A DNA stretch of 63,972 nt, counting the filler, from Choristocarpus tenellus KU-1152 (taxonomy: Eukaryota; Protista; Phaeophyceae): assembly GCA_964200185.2 (NCBI GenBank). It is 9 parts of 9 records of this genome, joined end to end, with 100 filler letters (N's around TTAATTAATTAA, not from the genome) between each part and the next. Parts side by side here need not be neighbours in the genome. Positions count along the whole stretch, not along the records: positions 41,394 to 58,033 come from CAXNAD020000801.1; 8 more parts are not named here. One strand, given 5' to 3'. The stretch's first letter is position 1, and each line of letters starts with the position of its first letter. A model generated the notes under the pieces. That model did no database searches and was not told where the DNA came from. It saw only the letters and a list, made by a program, of their open reading frames with translations. Both the position numbers and the translations under genes were made by a program. Shown piece after piece: positions 41,454-56,057 of the stretch.

Positions 41454-42068
41454 TATTTTCTAAATTCACAACTAAAACCCAAGCAGGCTGGTGGCCGCTA
41501 ACTTCTAATCCTAACCCTAACCATCTCGCACCCATTGCGTTTACACTGTGACTACCGTCTTGAACTGACAGTTACAAATTTGTATCAAGCACGTGATCCT
41601 ACCCACCCATCCCATTGGCTTGACCTCACACCAGCTCTAACCAGCTCTATGCTTGTACCTGATGTACGGTCTCATGCGTCTGCTCGCCGTCTCATGTCCA
41701 CTCTTTCCAAGAATGTTCTACAACAAGACCTTTTTGTTTCATGTGTTCTGATGTCACAGATAGTTACAAAAGACACAAAACATACACAAGAGTATACATT
41801 GCCTGTATTGACACCTGCTCCAAACCATGCAACATGTTGAACAAATCTCAAGCCGGTTGGTCTTGGAGGAACAACCCTAACCCTAGAAGCACAACTGAAA
41901 ACAACTATAAATAATGTTCACTGTATCGCAACACCTTAGGGTACTCTACTGGCATTGACTCTATCTTCCTCAGTCACAAAGGTCACACCCTAACCCTAAC
42001 CCTACACCACACTAAGCCTTTTCCCAACCCTAACAATATAAACTTATATATATAGGTAGTATTCCCAC

Positions 42069-45000
42069 CTTGTAGATATGACCATCAGTTTCCTCCATTG
42101 CACTGCTAGACTCCTTGGACGGTCCTCCCTTACCCCCTCCTAATGCAACTCCACCAGCAGCCCCTCTTGCAGTGGCAGTTCCTCCACTTCCGAAGGTAAC
42201 AGGAGTAGGGGCCTCCTCCACTGACACACAAGGATGATCAGAGACAAAATGATAGAGAGCACGTGAAACATACTTCCAAGAACTCAAAATGATGGAAACA
42301 ATTGCTCTGTTGAAAAAAAAGGTAAGTGTACCTAAATAGTTCCTCTTTACCTCTCAAAAAACGCTAGTAAAATAAAAAGTAAGATTCTTGAGAAGAAAAT
42401 AATTAAAAATTTTCCAATACACATACTACAAAGTTAAGTATTTATAAAGCGGAGCATGTTGCAGATAGTAAAAAAAGAGAGACTATTTTCAAAACTAACC
42501 CTAACCCTAACCCTAACCCGAACACAAAGCGTTACGAATATGAGAAAGTTAATAGTAGCAAGGGCTGAGTCAAAGTAATAGATACAAGGAATACAAGGCA
42601 CACTCATGAAGCAGGGGAGTTTGAATTTGAGACATCACTTTGGAACGGCTAGATATTGGACATCCAACTGCATGTAGAGTATAATCTCACCATCTTCCAC
42701 AGTAGCGCACTCAGTGTCATAGTAGGGTTAGGGTTAGGGCTATTCTTCCCGTAATTCTTGTCTTGACAACCCTAAACCTAACTTCAATGGCATTTTGGGC
42801 ATCAGGGGGAACTACATTATCCTATCTTCATATACACCACAAACCCTAACTCTGAAAGTGTTTAAAAAAACGTTTTTTATTTTATTTTTATCAAGCCTAA
42901 CCCTAGTTTACCACGATAAACACTTGTCAAATATACACATATTCAATATCATTGTGTTATTACTATCACTATTATTGCATACACAAATGCTTGATGCATC
43001 ACCTATTGGAAGTGTAGCTAAGGTGAGCGGTTGTCCTTTGGTTGCTGTCATGTGCTGCTGATACGCCTTCACAGAACGCTCTAAGGAGGAAAAGGTCATG
43101 GGAAGACTGTCCACTAGCAATCTCACCCTGTAAAGATTGCATCAAAAAAGGAAAATTTCATTGCTCAACAGTTACAATGCAGTTACATGTTATCTTTGAT
43201 CATGGGGTCAAAATCAGAAAAAAAACAAGTGAGAGCCAATTCTGTTAGCAATAGATGGATTGACTAACTTAACTCTGCAAGAGACTTGTGAGAGCACACA
43301 GGACACAAAATGTAGTCCCATGAATTAGTCAAACACTGTCAGATCATCCCACTGACCCAACATTTCTATGTCAGAGGAATCGGGATTCCTCTCATACATC
43401 ACAAGCCCACCAAAAAACAATCATAGGGTTAGGGATAGGAAATCACAATGCAGCGTAACCATGGAAGACACAAATGTTTCCATGTATGTATGTATGTAGC
43501 AGTGGCGAGGTGATCCATCCATCTCAACACTTCACAAAATCAGAGGCAAGGGTTCAACCCAACACATCAAAAATGGTGTGACTACTTGGGGAGAGGGTGA
43601 GACTACAAATAGTGGGGTGATGGGCCATGCATTAAGCTCGGAAGGCCTCCAGCCTTGGATTATGTCAAATATTGATGTTTGACTGCTAAGGTTAGGGGAG
43701 ATAGTTGCACAGCCATCTCATCTCAAGTATGGTGTATTCAAGTATAAGCCTTTGATTGGGTTCAACAAACAGATCCATTAGTTTGATCAAATCTGTGAAT
43801 ACAGTCTTTCAAGAGACAAAATCTTATGCGAGTTGAGAATTGCAGGTGAATGTGGAGGCAGTATCCCTTTGGAGTCCAACCAAAAGGAAGCTGTCCACAA
43901 GGTACCCTAACCCTAACACTACAAGTATGGAGTACTGTGTATAGTGATAAAACACAGTGTGTCAAATGTCAAAAATACCTGATGACTATTTGCACATGTT
44001 GGAATGGGGGAGACAAAACAGTCTCTACTGCTTACAACAAAGGTCAGAATATGTGCAACACTTCCATCAACATTTATTAATTTTAAGTAGTAACACATAG
44101 TACCATACAGCTCACTAAAATCTCATCTGACACCATCCACTTTATACACAAGAAATCACACACATTTGTTAATGCAGTAAACATCTCTCCCAACTCTGTC
44201 CCATGTCCTCCAAAAAATAAGCTATTTCATCATGAGCATACCCTAACCCTAACCCTAAGTGAAATATAATGTGATGAGCAAAACCCCAACCCTAAAAACC
44301 AAAGATCCACCATCATTTAAGGGTGTCAGGGGTTAGAGTGATCTACGACAGAAATTCCAGTATCAATGATTTCAGCCCATCTTCATTCAAACCCTAACCC
44401 TAACACCAAAATACACGACAAACAGTAATTGCAAGGTCAACTCACAAAACCATCTTATTATTGTTATTAACAGTTAAGCAACCCCCCTCTCAGCTATGAA
44501 TGTCACACTGTACCTCAACTTGTCACTGTACCTAAAAGTGACACAAAACAGTTACAAAACCAACCCTAACCCTAACCCTAAACGTAAAAATTCACCTTAA
44601 AATACAACCCTAACCCTAACCAAAATCTCTCCATTCCATTATCAAGGACCACAAACAGCCATCCCAATACTGTACCTGAATGTGTCTGCTGATGACCCTT
44701 CGCCAATACCCTCCCCATTTGGCTTCCCCTTTGTCTCGCCATGCCCACCTACACCAGGGTCAGGAGAGTCCTTCCCGCCCAGACCCTCTTCCCCTTCCCC
44801 TCCATCTGGTGTGTCACTATCAGCCGTGTTTAGCAGGGTTAGAGCTACTGTTGCCCTATCCCGTACCTGTTAAATAACAGTAACCCTAACCCTAAGTAAC
44901 AGGAGGATGGGGTATCACAAGCATCACTACAATGCCTACAATTCACTGCAGTATACCCTAACCCTAGTCAAAATAATAAAAATGAACAAACACAGCGATG

Positions 45001-48000
45001 CCCACTGTAAATCAAATAATAAAAGCAGCATGTGTCAAGGCCTATCAACCCTTACCCTAACCCTTACCCTAACACTTGTCCCCTGCAAAATAGACGAGAA
45101 CTCTAACCTAGGGAAAAATGTTAGGGTTAGTGGCAAACAGCAGTCGACCACATCATAGTCAAAAGAGCCCTCGGTCTCAATATATCCCACCTCCCCAGGG
45201 TGGAACAACCATCAACAAAACCTGAACAAAAACCATGTACCACTTCTTAACTTCTCATCCCTAACCCTAACCCTAACCCTAACCCTAACCCTAGCTCTAT
45301 CAAAAGTTGATGCACAAGTGCAACTTGACGACAATGCTGTTACAGTACAAATTGACAGGAGAAGACTGCAGTCGAGAAGATGGTGCACACCTCAACTAAC
45401 AAACTATTAAATTAACCCTAACCCTAACTTACACCTCGAAACACCTACAGTGGACAAATAAATATAAATATATAAATATATATATATATATATTGCCACT
45501 ACACTGTTAGTAGACCAAAGGCATCCACTGATGCCGTCCAAGATCTTCAACCATATTTTGGGGGTTAGGGTTAGGGTAAGCACCAAAAAAAACTTTCAAA
45601 AAATAAAATAAATCGATTTTATGCTTTGCAAGATACTGTTCCGAAAATAGCTTCTTGTTTTTCTTCAAGGAACCAACCGTGGTAGTCTTAGCATACAAGT
45701 CATACCATAACCCATACCCTGTATCACAATTGTCTGCATAGCTGTCACCATATTCCACTACCAGAAGAAACACTAGCAATAAGATCTGCCAACAACCATA
45801 ACCCTACATCTGTCAATAAGGAATGGTGACCTCCACCAGAGTCTGCTGCTAACCCATTCTTACTCTCAAGGTATGCAAGTCACTCTAATATCAACAGCAC
45901 ACTTACCCCCCCTCTACCCTCTGCCAATTTACGCAATTAAAACAATAGCTAACCCTAACCCTAAAATAATATGACACACCCATTCCATCAGGTAACTGAA
46001 CAAAAAGTGACGATCTATTTTTATTTTTTACTAAATATTAAATATATTACTTTAAAACTGTGATTTTTTTTTTAATATTAGTACTTCTAACCAATACAGC
46101 TCTTTCCTCCAACAGAAAACGACCTCCAAGCATCAAACAGTCCACAGACCAATCTAGGTGGAAACATCTAAACATCTAACCTCATCATCCTCATCCACAA
46201 GGGATCGTTTCAGCAGCACCCTGATTGATGGACGAAGGTATGGAAGGCGTGCACCAAACTTGGCCAGGGCCAGAACAGCAGCCGCCCTAACAGCAGCATT
46301 CTCCAGGATCACCCTGTTATGTGTCAAGGGTTATGTCACATTACACTTCACCAGTCTTCACCACAGTGGGCTGAATCAAACACACTTGACAGTTATGTGG
46401 TGGTAAGATAAAAGCAATACCTCAGACATGGAATGGGAAGATTAGCTTGGCCAGGCAGGGGCAGACCCTGTACAGTCAGGGCATTTTGTCTTTTCAGATT
46501 TGACCCCTTCATATGTAATAACAGTATAAATATGAGTCGAAATGAGTATACTCAACACTTGACTATACAATACAGGTTGGTTGTAGATACAGTACTAGAG
46601 GAAGATGGTACAACATATAACCCTAACGCTTCTACACCTCTAGTACATGAACCACAACCAAAGGAAGCACTAATACCTTACAATCTGCACCAACACAGTA
46701 AACATACAACATCCTTCCGACTACATCAATCTAATACCAATTTATCTACACAGTACCACCTCTATCTATGTACATGTATACTTACCTGGTATCAGTACCT
46801 GTATCCTTCTATCAATATACTTCAAAAATAACAAAACGCTCATATGTAATAATAATAATAATAATAGTACCTGTTGTAGATGAACCGAATGTAACGAGCA
46901 GGTGCTGATGTAGATGGACCCAAAGAGCCCACCAGGCTGAGGATCTGAGTTGACAGAGGCGTGAACTCACAGTCCTCAATGAAGTCACACAGGTGGAATA
47001 GGCTCATTTCCTGAAAAAGGGAAAGAAAAAAAGGGTTAGGGTTAGGGTTAGTTTTCTCTTCAAAGCAAGAGACACGGCTCATTTCACAACCCTTAGGGTT
47101 AGGGTTAGGACCAAGACCAAAACAGCAAACGCCTCCTGACTCGATGCACTTTGATTGGAACAATTATTATTATTATTATTAGCATTATCTCATGGAGAAA
47201 CCAAACCTCCCCTAGACATATAAATCTGAGTTCATCCTCTGTCATACACAAAGCGTCAGCTCGTCAGCTCCACCTCTCACTCAAAGTTTGACTTCTCACC
47301 TCCAAATCCATCTTCAAACCCTAACCCTAACCCTAAGTTGTCCATTGACATTTCATTGTCATTGAACACAACACACACAAGCTCACTACTAATACTGAAA
47401 TCATCATCAACAACTACAACAATAATAATAGTAACAATAAGTGTACAGTCATAAATAGAGTGAGGGTTAAAGATGTGTGAAAGCTGCAAGGGATGATGTA
47501 TAGCTTTACACACCAATAAGGTTTAGCATTGAGCAATCTCTTAACAAACCCGATGACTGAGCCTTTCAACAAGTAAACTAGGGTTAGGGTTTAGGGTTCC
47601 CACTGAGTAGTGACCCCTCTCACTCTCTGGTGGAAAACATTTTTTGAGCACACACTAGTCAACAGATGAGGAGTGTACCAACCCTAACCCTAAGTTACTA
47701 CAGTCAGTTTGCAGAAGGTACTAGCACATTACCCTCATCAACACAAATAACTTAAAAACCCCTTGGTCTTGCTTAAGAACAAAGTTGAACAAACTCTTCA
47801 TAATAAAAAACTCTTGACCCTAACCCTCTCAGTCACTTCTTAGTTAAGCTCATTCGACTCACTCTTTCACCCCTAACCTTAACCCTAGATAACATCAAAT
47901 TTGTATTCTCTTTAACCAATAGAAATCAACAAAAACAAGTGTGTCGGTTTGAAATAAAATAAAATGACAAAAATAAAAATATATTGAAATCTTCAAATCT

Positions 48001-51000
48001 CTCCATATTTTCTAACCCTAACCCAGTAGTCAATCAGTTCAACAAAATCTACCAGTAAAAAATAAAAAGCAATAACAACAATGTCTAAGAAACAAAAAAT
48101 CTCATCTCATCCATCCTCCACCCCTCAACCCAACAAAATACCAACAGTTTCATTCCCCTAACCCTAACCCTAACCTTAGTCTCCGGAATGGCAGTCATCA
48201 GCTCTACGATGCAGTCTGTGATGGCCTTCTTGAACTCAAAGCCACCCTCCTCTCTCAAGAAGGTGGCCAAAAAGCCTACCAGAAGGCGGTGCTTCAGGGG
48301 GTACTTGAGACACAGCTGTTACAACAACAAATAACAGTGACAAAGGGTTAGGGATAGATCAGTGAAGATAGAATGACAACTGCCTCTAGTATGTTTCGAT
48401 AACACTACTCTTATCAGTATATCACAATTCCTAACCCTAACCCTAACTCTTATCAATATATCACTATTCTTAACCCTAACCCTTCAACCATTGACATTCT
48501 CGTGTAAAATTAAAACTGCATTACCATTCCTACCTACAAGCACTTTGTCTTTTGAAGGTTACTCAACACCATAGTCATGGTACAAAAAAAAAATGGCAAC
48601 AGAGTTAGGGTTAGGGTTAGCATTGGAATCAGCAGATGCTGAATACTATAAAAAAACTTGGGAACTCAGAGCACTTTTATAGGGTTAGGGCTAGACCATG
48701 CTAAACTATTAGACCCAAAGTATCTGGGGGTTAGGGTTAGGGTCTACACCAGGGTGTCCATTTGGGCCATAAACAGGACAAATGCACTTACATTATCCAT
48801 CCAACACTTGCAACCAAATCACACAAAAATCGTGACATAAAAAAATGGACCCCAAATGGACAGCCCCCCCCCCCCCCAGATACTTTGAACCATACTATAA
48901 CCAATAAAAATGACAGCTAGATATTCAAAACAGAGAAGAAAAGTAACAATAGTAGACACATCATATATCACTCCTTTCCAACGACCTCAAAATTATCTTT
49001 TTTTCAACACACACTGCAAAAAAAAAAACACCCTAAAAAAAAAGAAAAAGAAAACAGTAACACAATACAATACAATGCACCAAACAAAAGCCCAAGCATA
49101 TTGCGTGTTGCACCTCTCTAATGGCCTTGACAACTACTATCTTGAACTCATCAGCAATCTCGTTCATGAAGGATGTGATCTGCTTCATCAAACGATCTAC
49201 GGACCCTTCCGAGCCAGTCTTCAACAGCGTGGTGATGGCCAGGGTGGCAATAGACCTACAAATAATAAAAAAATATGATGAAAAATAAAAGTAAGAAATA
49301 AATATATATATATATATGCATGTAGAGGAGAGAAGGGATGATTGTCAAAAAGCACCAATATAAAAATAGTCATTTCCAGAAGAAAACAAAGGGTTATGGG
49401 ACATGGAAAGGAGGCCCATAAAATAAAAAACACTATTAATGCAAAAAAATAAAAATCGCTAGCGATAGGGAGGGGAGAAGGTTAGGGTTAGGATGCCAAG
49501 CAACAGCAAACACAGAAAAAGAGAAATTATTAAAAATAGCTGAGGAAAGTTCTTCAACAAAAGTTAAACCCCATGCTGCATCTTCAATACACGGGTCTGT
49601 GCATCGAGCAAGTGAAGTGTTTCCAATGAGAACAAGCGGGCTCTATGTTGGCTATTGGTTGATCATACAGTTAGTTGGATGTCCCACCTGTTGGGGTCTG
49701 CAATGAGAGCCTCCATGTCGTTGTTGCACTTGATGATGCTCATGGGGTACTTAGCTGCCACCTCACTCAACGTCCGCATGGTGCCAAACTTAAGGGACGG
49801 CTTGGGGGAAGACAGGAACAGCTGCACAACAGTTACAGTTACAAAATACAGTTACAAACGACAGTTACAAACGACCGTTACACAATACAGTTACATGAGT
49901 TACAAATCAAAGGGATAGACCCATGTATTGTACACACAGAGAACTACGGCTTATGTACTATTAGGGTTAGGGTTACACTGATACAGGGCAAAAAATGTCT
50001 CATGGGGAGTTGAAGAACAGGGGGGAGGCAACAAACAAGGGTGGCGAGCTCCAGGAACCCAAGGCAAGCAAGACACACGTGGCCATTACTCCCCATAAAC
50101 TTGACATTTTCTGAGCAATTTTGTGGGACCTTCCACATTATGTAGCTGCAGGAAGGCGTTTGGAACGACGTGCTCGATTGTTATGAAAATAAGTGTCTCT
50201 GCCAACCTAACCCTAACCCTATGTAACCGCAATAACAAGGGATGTCATTGCAATGCGTGCTTTCAACCTCGGGATGGATTAGATCATTACTGATACAAAA
50301 AGAGAAAACTAACCCTAACCCTAACCCAACAACAAAAGGCGGTGTCATCAATAGGGTTAGGGATGATCAAACGAACTCAACAGATACTGACCTAGTCATC
50401 AAGGGTTAGGGTTAAAACTAACCCTAACCCTAACCCGATACAAATATGTTCTAAAGTCCCTCCAACCTCAACCTCAGCCACAACCTCAGCAAAAAAACAA
50501 GACTATTACATAACCTCAAATACCACTATCACACAACCCTAACCCTAGCCCCACCTGTGCAATATAACATTACGATGACCCTGTTGATAATAGAAAAAAA
50601 TATATTGATGCTACCAGTACTATCATACGAACAAAACATTTGGCATTACATGATATCACAAAGTCAAACAGCAAACAAACGTGCATACTGCAACACCTGC
50701 AGCACCTGTAAGATAAAATACACCACAGTTACATCACAGTTACACCACAGTTACATCACAGTTACACCACAGTTACACCACAGTTACATCACAGTTACAC
50801 CACAGTTACACCACAGTTACATCACAGTTACACCACAGTTACACCACAGTTACACCACAGTTACACCACAGTTACACCACAGTTACATCACAGTTACACC
50901 ACAGTTACACCACAGTTACACCACAGTTACATGATGTACAGATCCACATATTTTAACCTCGGCAGAACAACAGGAATAGTAGTATTGAGACCAACAGTTA

Positions 51001-54000
51001 CTTCCTTACAGTTACAAAATACCTTAGAGACACAAAAGTCGATTTCACCTAAAGCTTAGGGTTAGGGTTACCTTTTACGAATAGACTGCACCATAGCACA
51101 ATGTCAAACCCTAACCCTAACCCTAAGTAAAATGGGGGTGAAGTGTGTTTCCACTACCTGAAGTACTGTAATTGCTGGAGACAGATCATTCATCTCCACA
51201 TGTGGCAGTCTGCAGATAGCTCTGGCCGCTTCATAGACAACCATCTCACTTCGGTGTCGGAGGCTTGACTCAAGGAACTGGACAAAATGCAGATTAACAC
51301 AACATAGCACATACAAAAACACAATACAAACAGCAAAACACAACACAACACAACACACAGCACAAAACAGTAACACAACACACCATCAAGATGTACCACA
51401 AAACACAGTGAGATAACACAGTATAAACACAACAGAGTGAGGGAGAGCAATGATGGCATACACAAGATTTGTTACACACTACCTGACAAAAAGAAGTTCA
51501 CTACAGAGAACGCCTCCACAGATGGTACAAAATCAATTGATACGGTCCATAAATAACAACCCTAACCCCAACCTTGTTAATACTTCCTGGTATTGATTAG
51601 TATTATACTAAAGAGTGGTAACCCTTAGGATATTCCCACTTACTTTCCAGGCTGATCAGGAGGTACGCAAAGCGCTATTAATTTAATACTGACAAGATAT
51701 ACCCTTGACGATAACCCTAACCCTTGTAAGCAGGAGTGGTAATGAGATGAATAACAACCTTAACAAAAAAAAAATACATAGCAGCATCAATAAAAATATA
51801 AAACCAGTAAAAAAAAATGCAGATTTTCTGACCTGTGCATCAAATGACGCTTAAAAATGAATCTTACCATATTAGTGTTAGGGTTTTATCCTCACACTCA
51901 GTGAGTGTAAAAGTATTGTCTACATGGATTTTTTCAGTGAGTATTAGGGATAAGGCAATAGGATACGATTTATCTTGGGCTGGGCAGTATACCTATTTTC
52001 AATCATTCTAACCCTAACCTTGACCCTCAAACCTGGACAAGAAATCCCTGGTATCCATTGTTAAACTGGTGTATGAATAGGTGAGGTTGAATGTGTGTTC
52101 GTATAGGGTATACCAGAAAAACGTCGAATTGTTTCTATTACTGTCACACACTGGGCAACAGAGAAATCCTAACCCTAACACCATCTCTTTCATTTTATTT
52201 TGCAGTATTTTAATGCAAAATAAAACTAGTCTCATACGGAACATCAATCCAACACAATGGTCAACTTACATAATACTCAAGACAAATCAAGAAGAATGTT
52301 GTTGTTAACATCCAAGCTAAGTTTGTGCTTCTTATTAACACCACATACACATACACATACACATACACCAAAACCATAAATACAACACGTAATGAATAGG
52401 ACATTTCTCACCCCAGTCATACCCCCAACCCTAACAACTTACACCACGTAGTATATCATATATTTTCTGACCTTGACCTTGACCCTATCACTAACCCAAG
52501 CCCCCCTCCCCCCCCCCAAAAAAAAGAAAGAAAGAAAGTGATACATAGTAAGTAATTCAACTACAAGCTACACAATCTCCTGAATAAGCAGGTACAGAGA
52601 AGTTCAACCCTAACCCTAACCCTAAGTGCATCAACACACCTGGTAAGCAGCCTGGGCATTGGTGGCAGAGACATCATCATGCAAGATTGTTGTTATGTAT
52701 CGGATCAATAGACAAACTGCCAGAGGGCTTCGCATTGGGCTCTTGGACAGCTGGGTTACCTGTATTAAACCAACACCCAAGTTTATACCAATATCATTAT
52801 CATTTATAAATAAGAACATGATGTGGAATGATGAAGACCTGCAAGTGACACACACACACCCTCCCCTTGTCCTCTACACAAACAACACCTTCTGTATTGG
52901 GACAGAGGAGGTCAGTTGATTCCAATCATAGCATTGCAATCATCACTAGTGTTGTAACACTAATCTGCACATGCTCAACGGTCAATTACTAGTGTTTAGG
53001 GTTAGGGTTAGGGTTAGAGTCTTGGCTAGTTTAATTCATCAAAGTTGTCATTGTTAACAGTAGAGCTAGGAAGGGTTAGCATTAGGGTTATACAACTGTT
53101 TTCGTCCTCACTAGGGTTAGGGTTAGCGTTAGGGTTATACACCTGTTTTCGTCCTCACTAGGGTTAGGGTTAGGGTTATATAACCGTTTTTGTCCTCACT
53201 AACATCAAACACCGCCTATGTGATGGATCCTCACACCTCACCAGCTTCGAAATAGCCAGTCGATCATGCGCTTTGATCTGGTACAACAGAGACAGTGCAT
53301 GGTACTGGACCATCTCGTGATTGGACGAAACCGCCTCCTGCACCTCATTCACCCACCTTCGCACCACCTGCATAAAACAAAAAAAACAAAACATGAGTGA
53401 CGGTTACATTACCTACAGTTACACTACGGCGGCTACATGAAGTGAATCTCTTATCTCTTGACTGCACCCCATGCCAACGCCAACGACCAACCGAAGTTGA
53501 GAGTCTCTTAAATGGCGGTTACAAAATTCAAAACTTAGGGTTAGTTTTTTTTTTTGTTTTTTTAAATGGCTTCTCGTATCTCATGTGCCTTATCACTACG
53601 TGATATCTCACGCGCCTATCACTATGTATCATCTCGTTTGTATTAGGGTTAGGGTCAAGTGGCGGCAGTCAAGAACCTGACACAAATGACAGTTACACAA
53701 TTTGGTAACGACCACCCCTTCGCATTCTTGGTCCGCCCTCCTTTCACCACTGCAGGTTCCTTTTTCGCCAGCAGTTCACTCACTCACTCACAGTTACACT
53801 CTTGCTAGATACGCCTCTTACCTACGGTGCCTCGAAATTCTAACCGCCTGATCACGATCCATCAAAACTCGGGGTATCAAGTAGCAGTCAGTTAAAAATA
53901 TCGGCAGCAACGTAGGGTGTTGCGAGCGAAAGAGGCGTTTTCAACCACAGCTCAAGACTCGTCAGAGGTTAGGGTTAGAGATAGAGATACGTTAAGGTGA

Positions 54001-56017
54001 GAGACAAAAGGCTACGGGCAAAGGGGAGTAGTGCCTACTTCATGAAAGTTACACAAAGGGCACTTTCAGAAGGTGTTACCTCTGGATTGATCTTGTAGAG
54101 GAGCATGCCAGAGACGAGAGCAGAGCTGGAGACCAGGGAGTTCTTATCCACAATGGCTTGCTTGACATACCTGAGGTTTATTCAACACCCTCCTGTTTAG
54201 CAAAAACTTCAACAAGCACTACCAAAATAATGTAACTCTGCTAGGAAACGCCAACCATGTATCGTTTGGTAAAAATAGAAGCAATAGAGCCGGTGGAACA
54301 GTATGACTATGAAAGAAACTGATGACAATAAAAGGTATTGACAATACATACCATCGTACCATCAGCCACTTAACAGATGACTTCTTAGGAGACATGAACA
54401 GATTTAAACTTAATTTTTAGCAGGTACACGACTGAGATGATCGCCATGCTTCATTAACCTTTCACGGACAAAACCATACAAAAATACTTTTCAACCCTAA
54501 CCTTAACCCTAACCATTATCGAGAAAACATTATTATTATTTTTTACCCTAACGCACACGTTGTACCATGTAGTTGAAGCCTATCCTGACCCTAACCCTAA
54601 ACCTCTAGAAATGTATTGTACTCAGTTTTCAGTGCAGCTTGCAGTGAGTGCCCTCAACAGAAGATACCATAGGATCTCAGACAAATTTCATACAATAATC
54701 TTAACCCTAACCTTGATTTTTTTTTTAAAGCAAAAGACTTCATCCATGATAGGGTTAGGGTCGAAACTAAGGCTACCAATTTTCTGTAATCAAGAATTAG
54801 GGTTAGGGTCTAACCCTAACCCTAAGAATTTGTCAACATTCTCTTTCTCTTAGGTGTACTTGGGGGCCTATGCAGCCACAGAATAACACAAAAATATGAA
54901 GTAAATAAAATATATAAATAAACACTAATATATGCAAAAAATAGAATACATACATAAAATATATAAAACGTAGGGTTAGGGCGGTGAGGGCTTAGAGTTA
55001 GGGTAAGGGTTGGCAGATAACTTTAGACAAGGCTAGGGTTAGGATTAGGGAAAGAGTTAAAAATGTTAGGACATGGTCCTACAGTGTTGATCACAATATA
55101 ACCTGGATCAAAAGAAGACATCGTATTTCACAACACAACGTAACTTCACCCAGACTATTGCGACTATCACTAGACCGTTCCTCCTTGTGGACGGTCTGTA
55201 CATTTCTAAGGCATGGCAAAAGGACTTGGCAAAATCCATCCCCCCCCCAAAAATAAAAATAAAAATAAAATTGAATTAGGGGAAAAGAGAGTCAGTGCTT
55301 GTTCTAGTTCAATTTATTGTGTTCTCCACAAAAATCAAAGACGAAAAACAATATATATATTTTTATTATCACTCATTAAAAAAATATGAACTGTGACACA
55401 ACGATTTAGGACAACACAACCCTAAGTAAGCTACACACAAGCAGAGACACAGAACAAGATGTTAATTGACAATATACACCCAAAAATGTAAGACACGGCA
55501 CACAAAGCAACACAACACAACATAACATAACACAACGCAACACAACACACTGTTAAGGTAGCACACAACGTAAGGTATCCTACACAACGTCCACAATACA
55601 ACACTGTGTCAACATGCACAGAAGTAAACACCCATCGTCGAACACAAAGCAACACAATGTTACACAACACAACACAACACAATGTTACACAACACAACAC
55701 AACACAATGTTACACCAACTTTGACCTAAAACTGGAGACACCCACCACCAGGCAACACAACACAACACAACACTGTGTTAGGTAAAAAGCACTAGAAAAG
55801 AGACACCATACTAAAAGTAACTCAATAAAACGTACTGTAAGTACAACTCAATTAGGGTTAGGGTTATAGGGTAAAACATGAGCCCACCGCTCAATAGCAC
55901 CCAGCATGGTGGCATCAATGATTCGAGAAAGGACTCGGATAGAATTAGCCCGGTACAGGTCTTCAGAGGAGTTCATGTCCTTGGTAAGGCTTGATGTCAC
56001 TACATCAAACACAAAGA

Positions 56018-56057
<40 letters not shown>

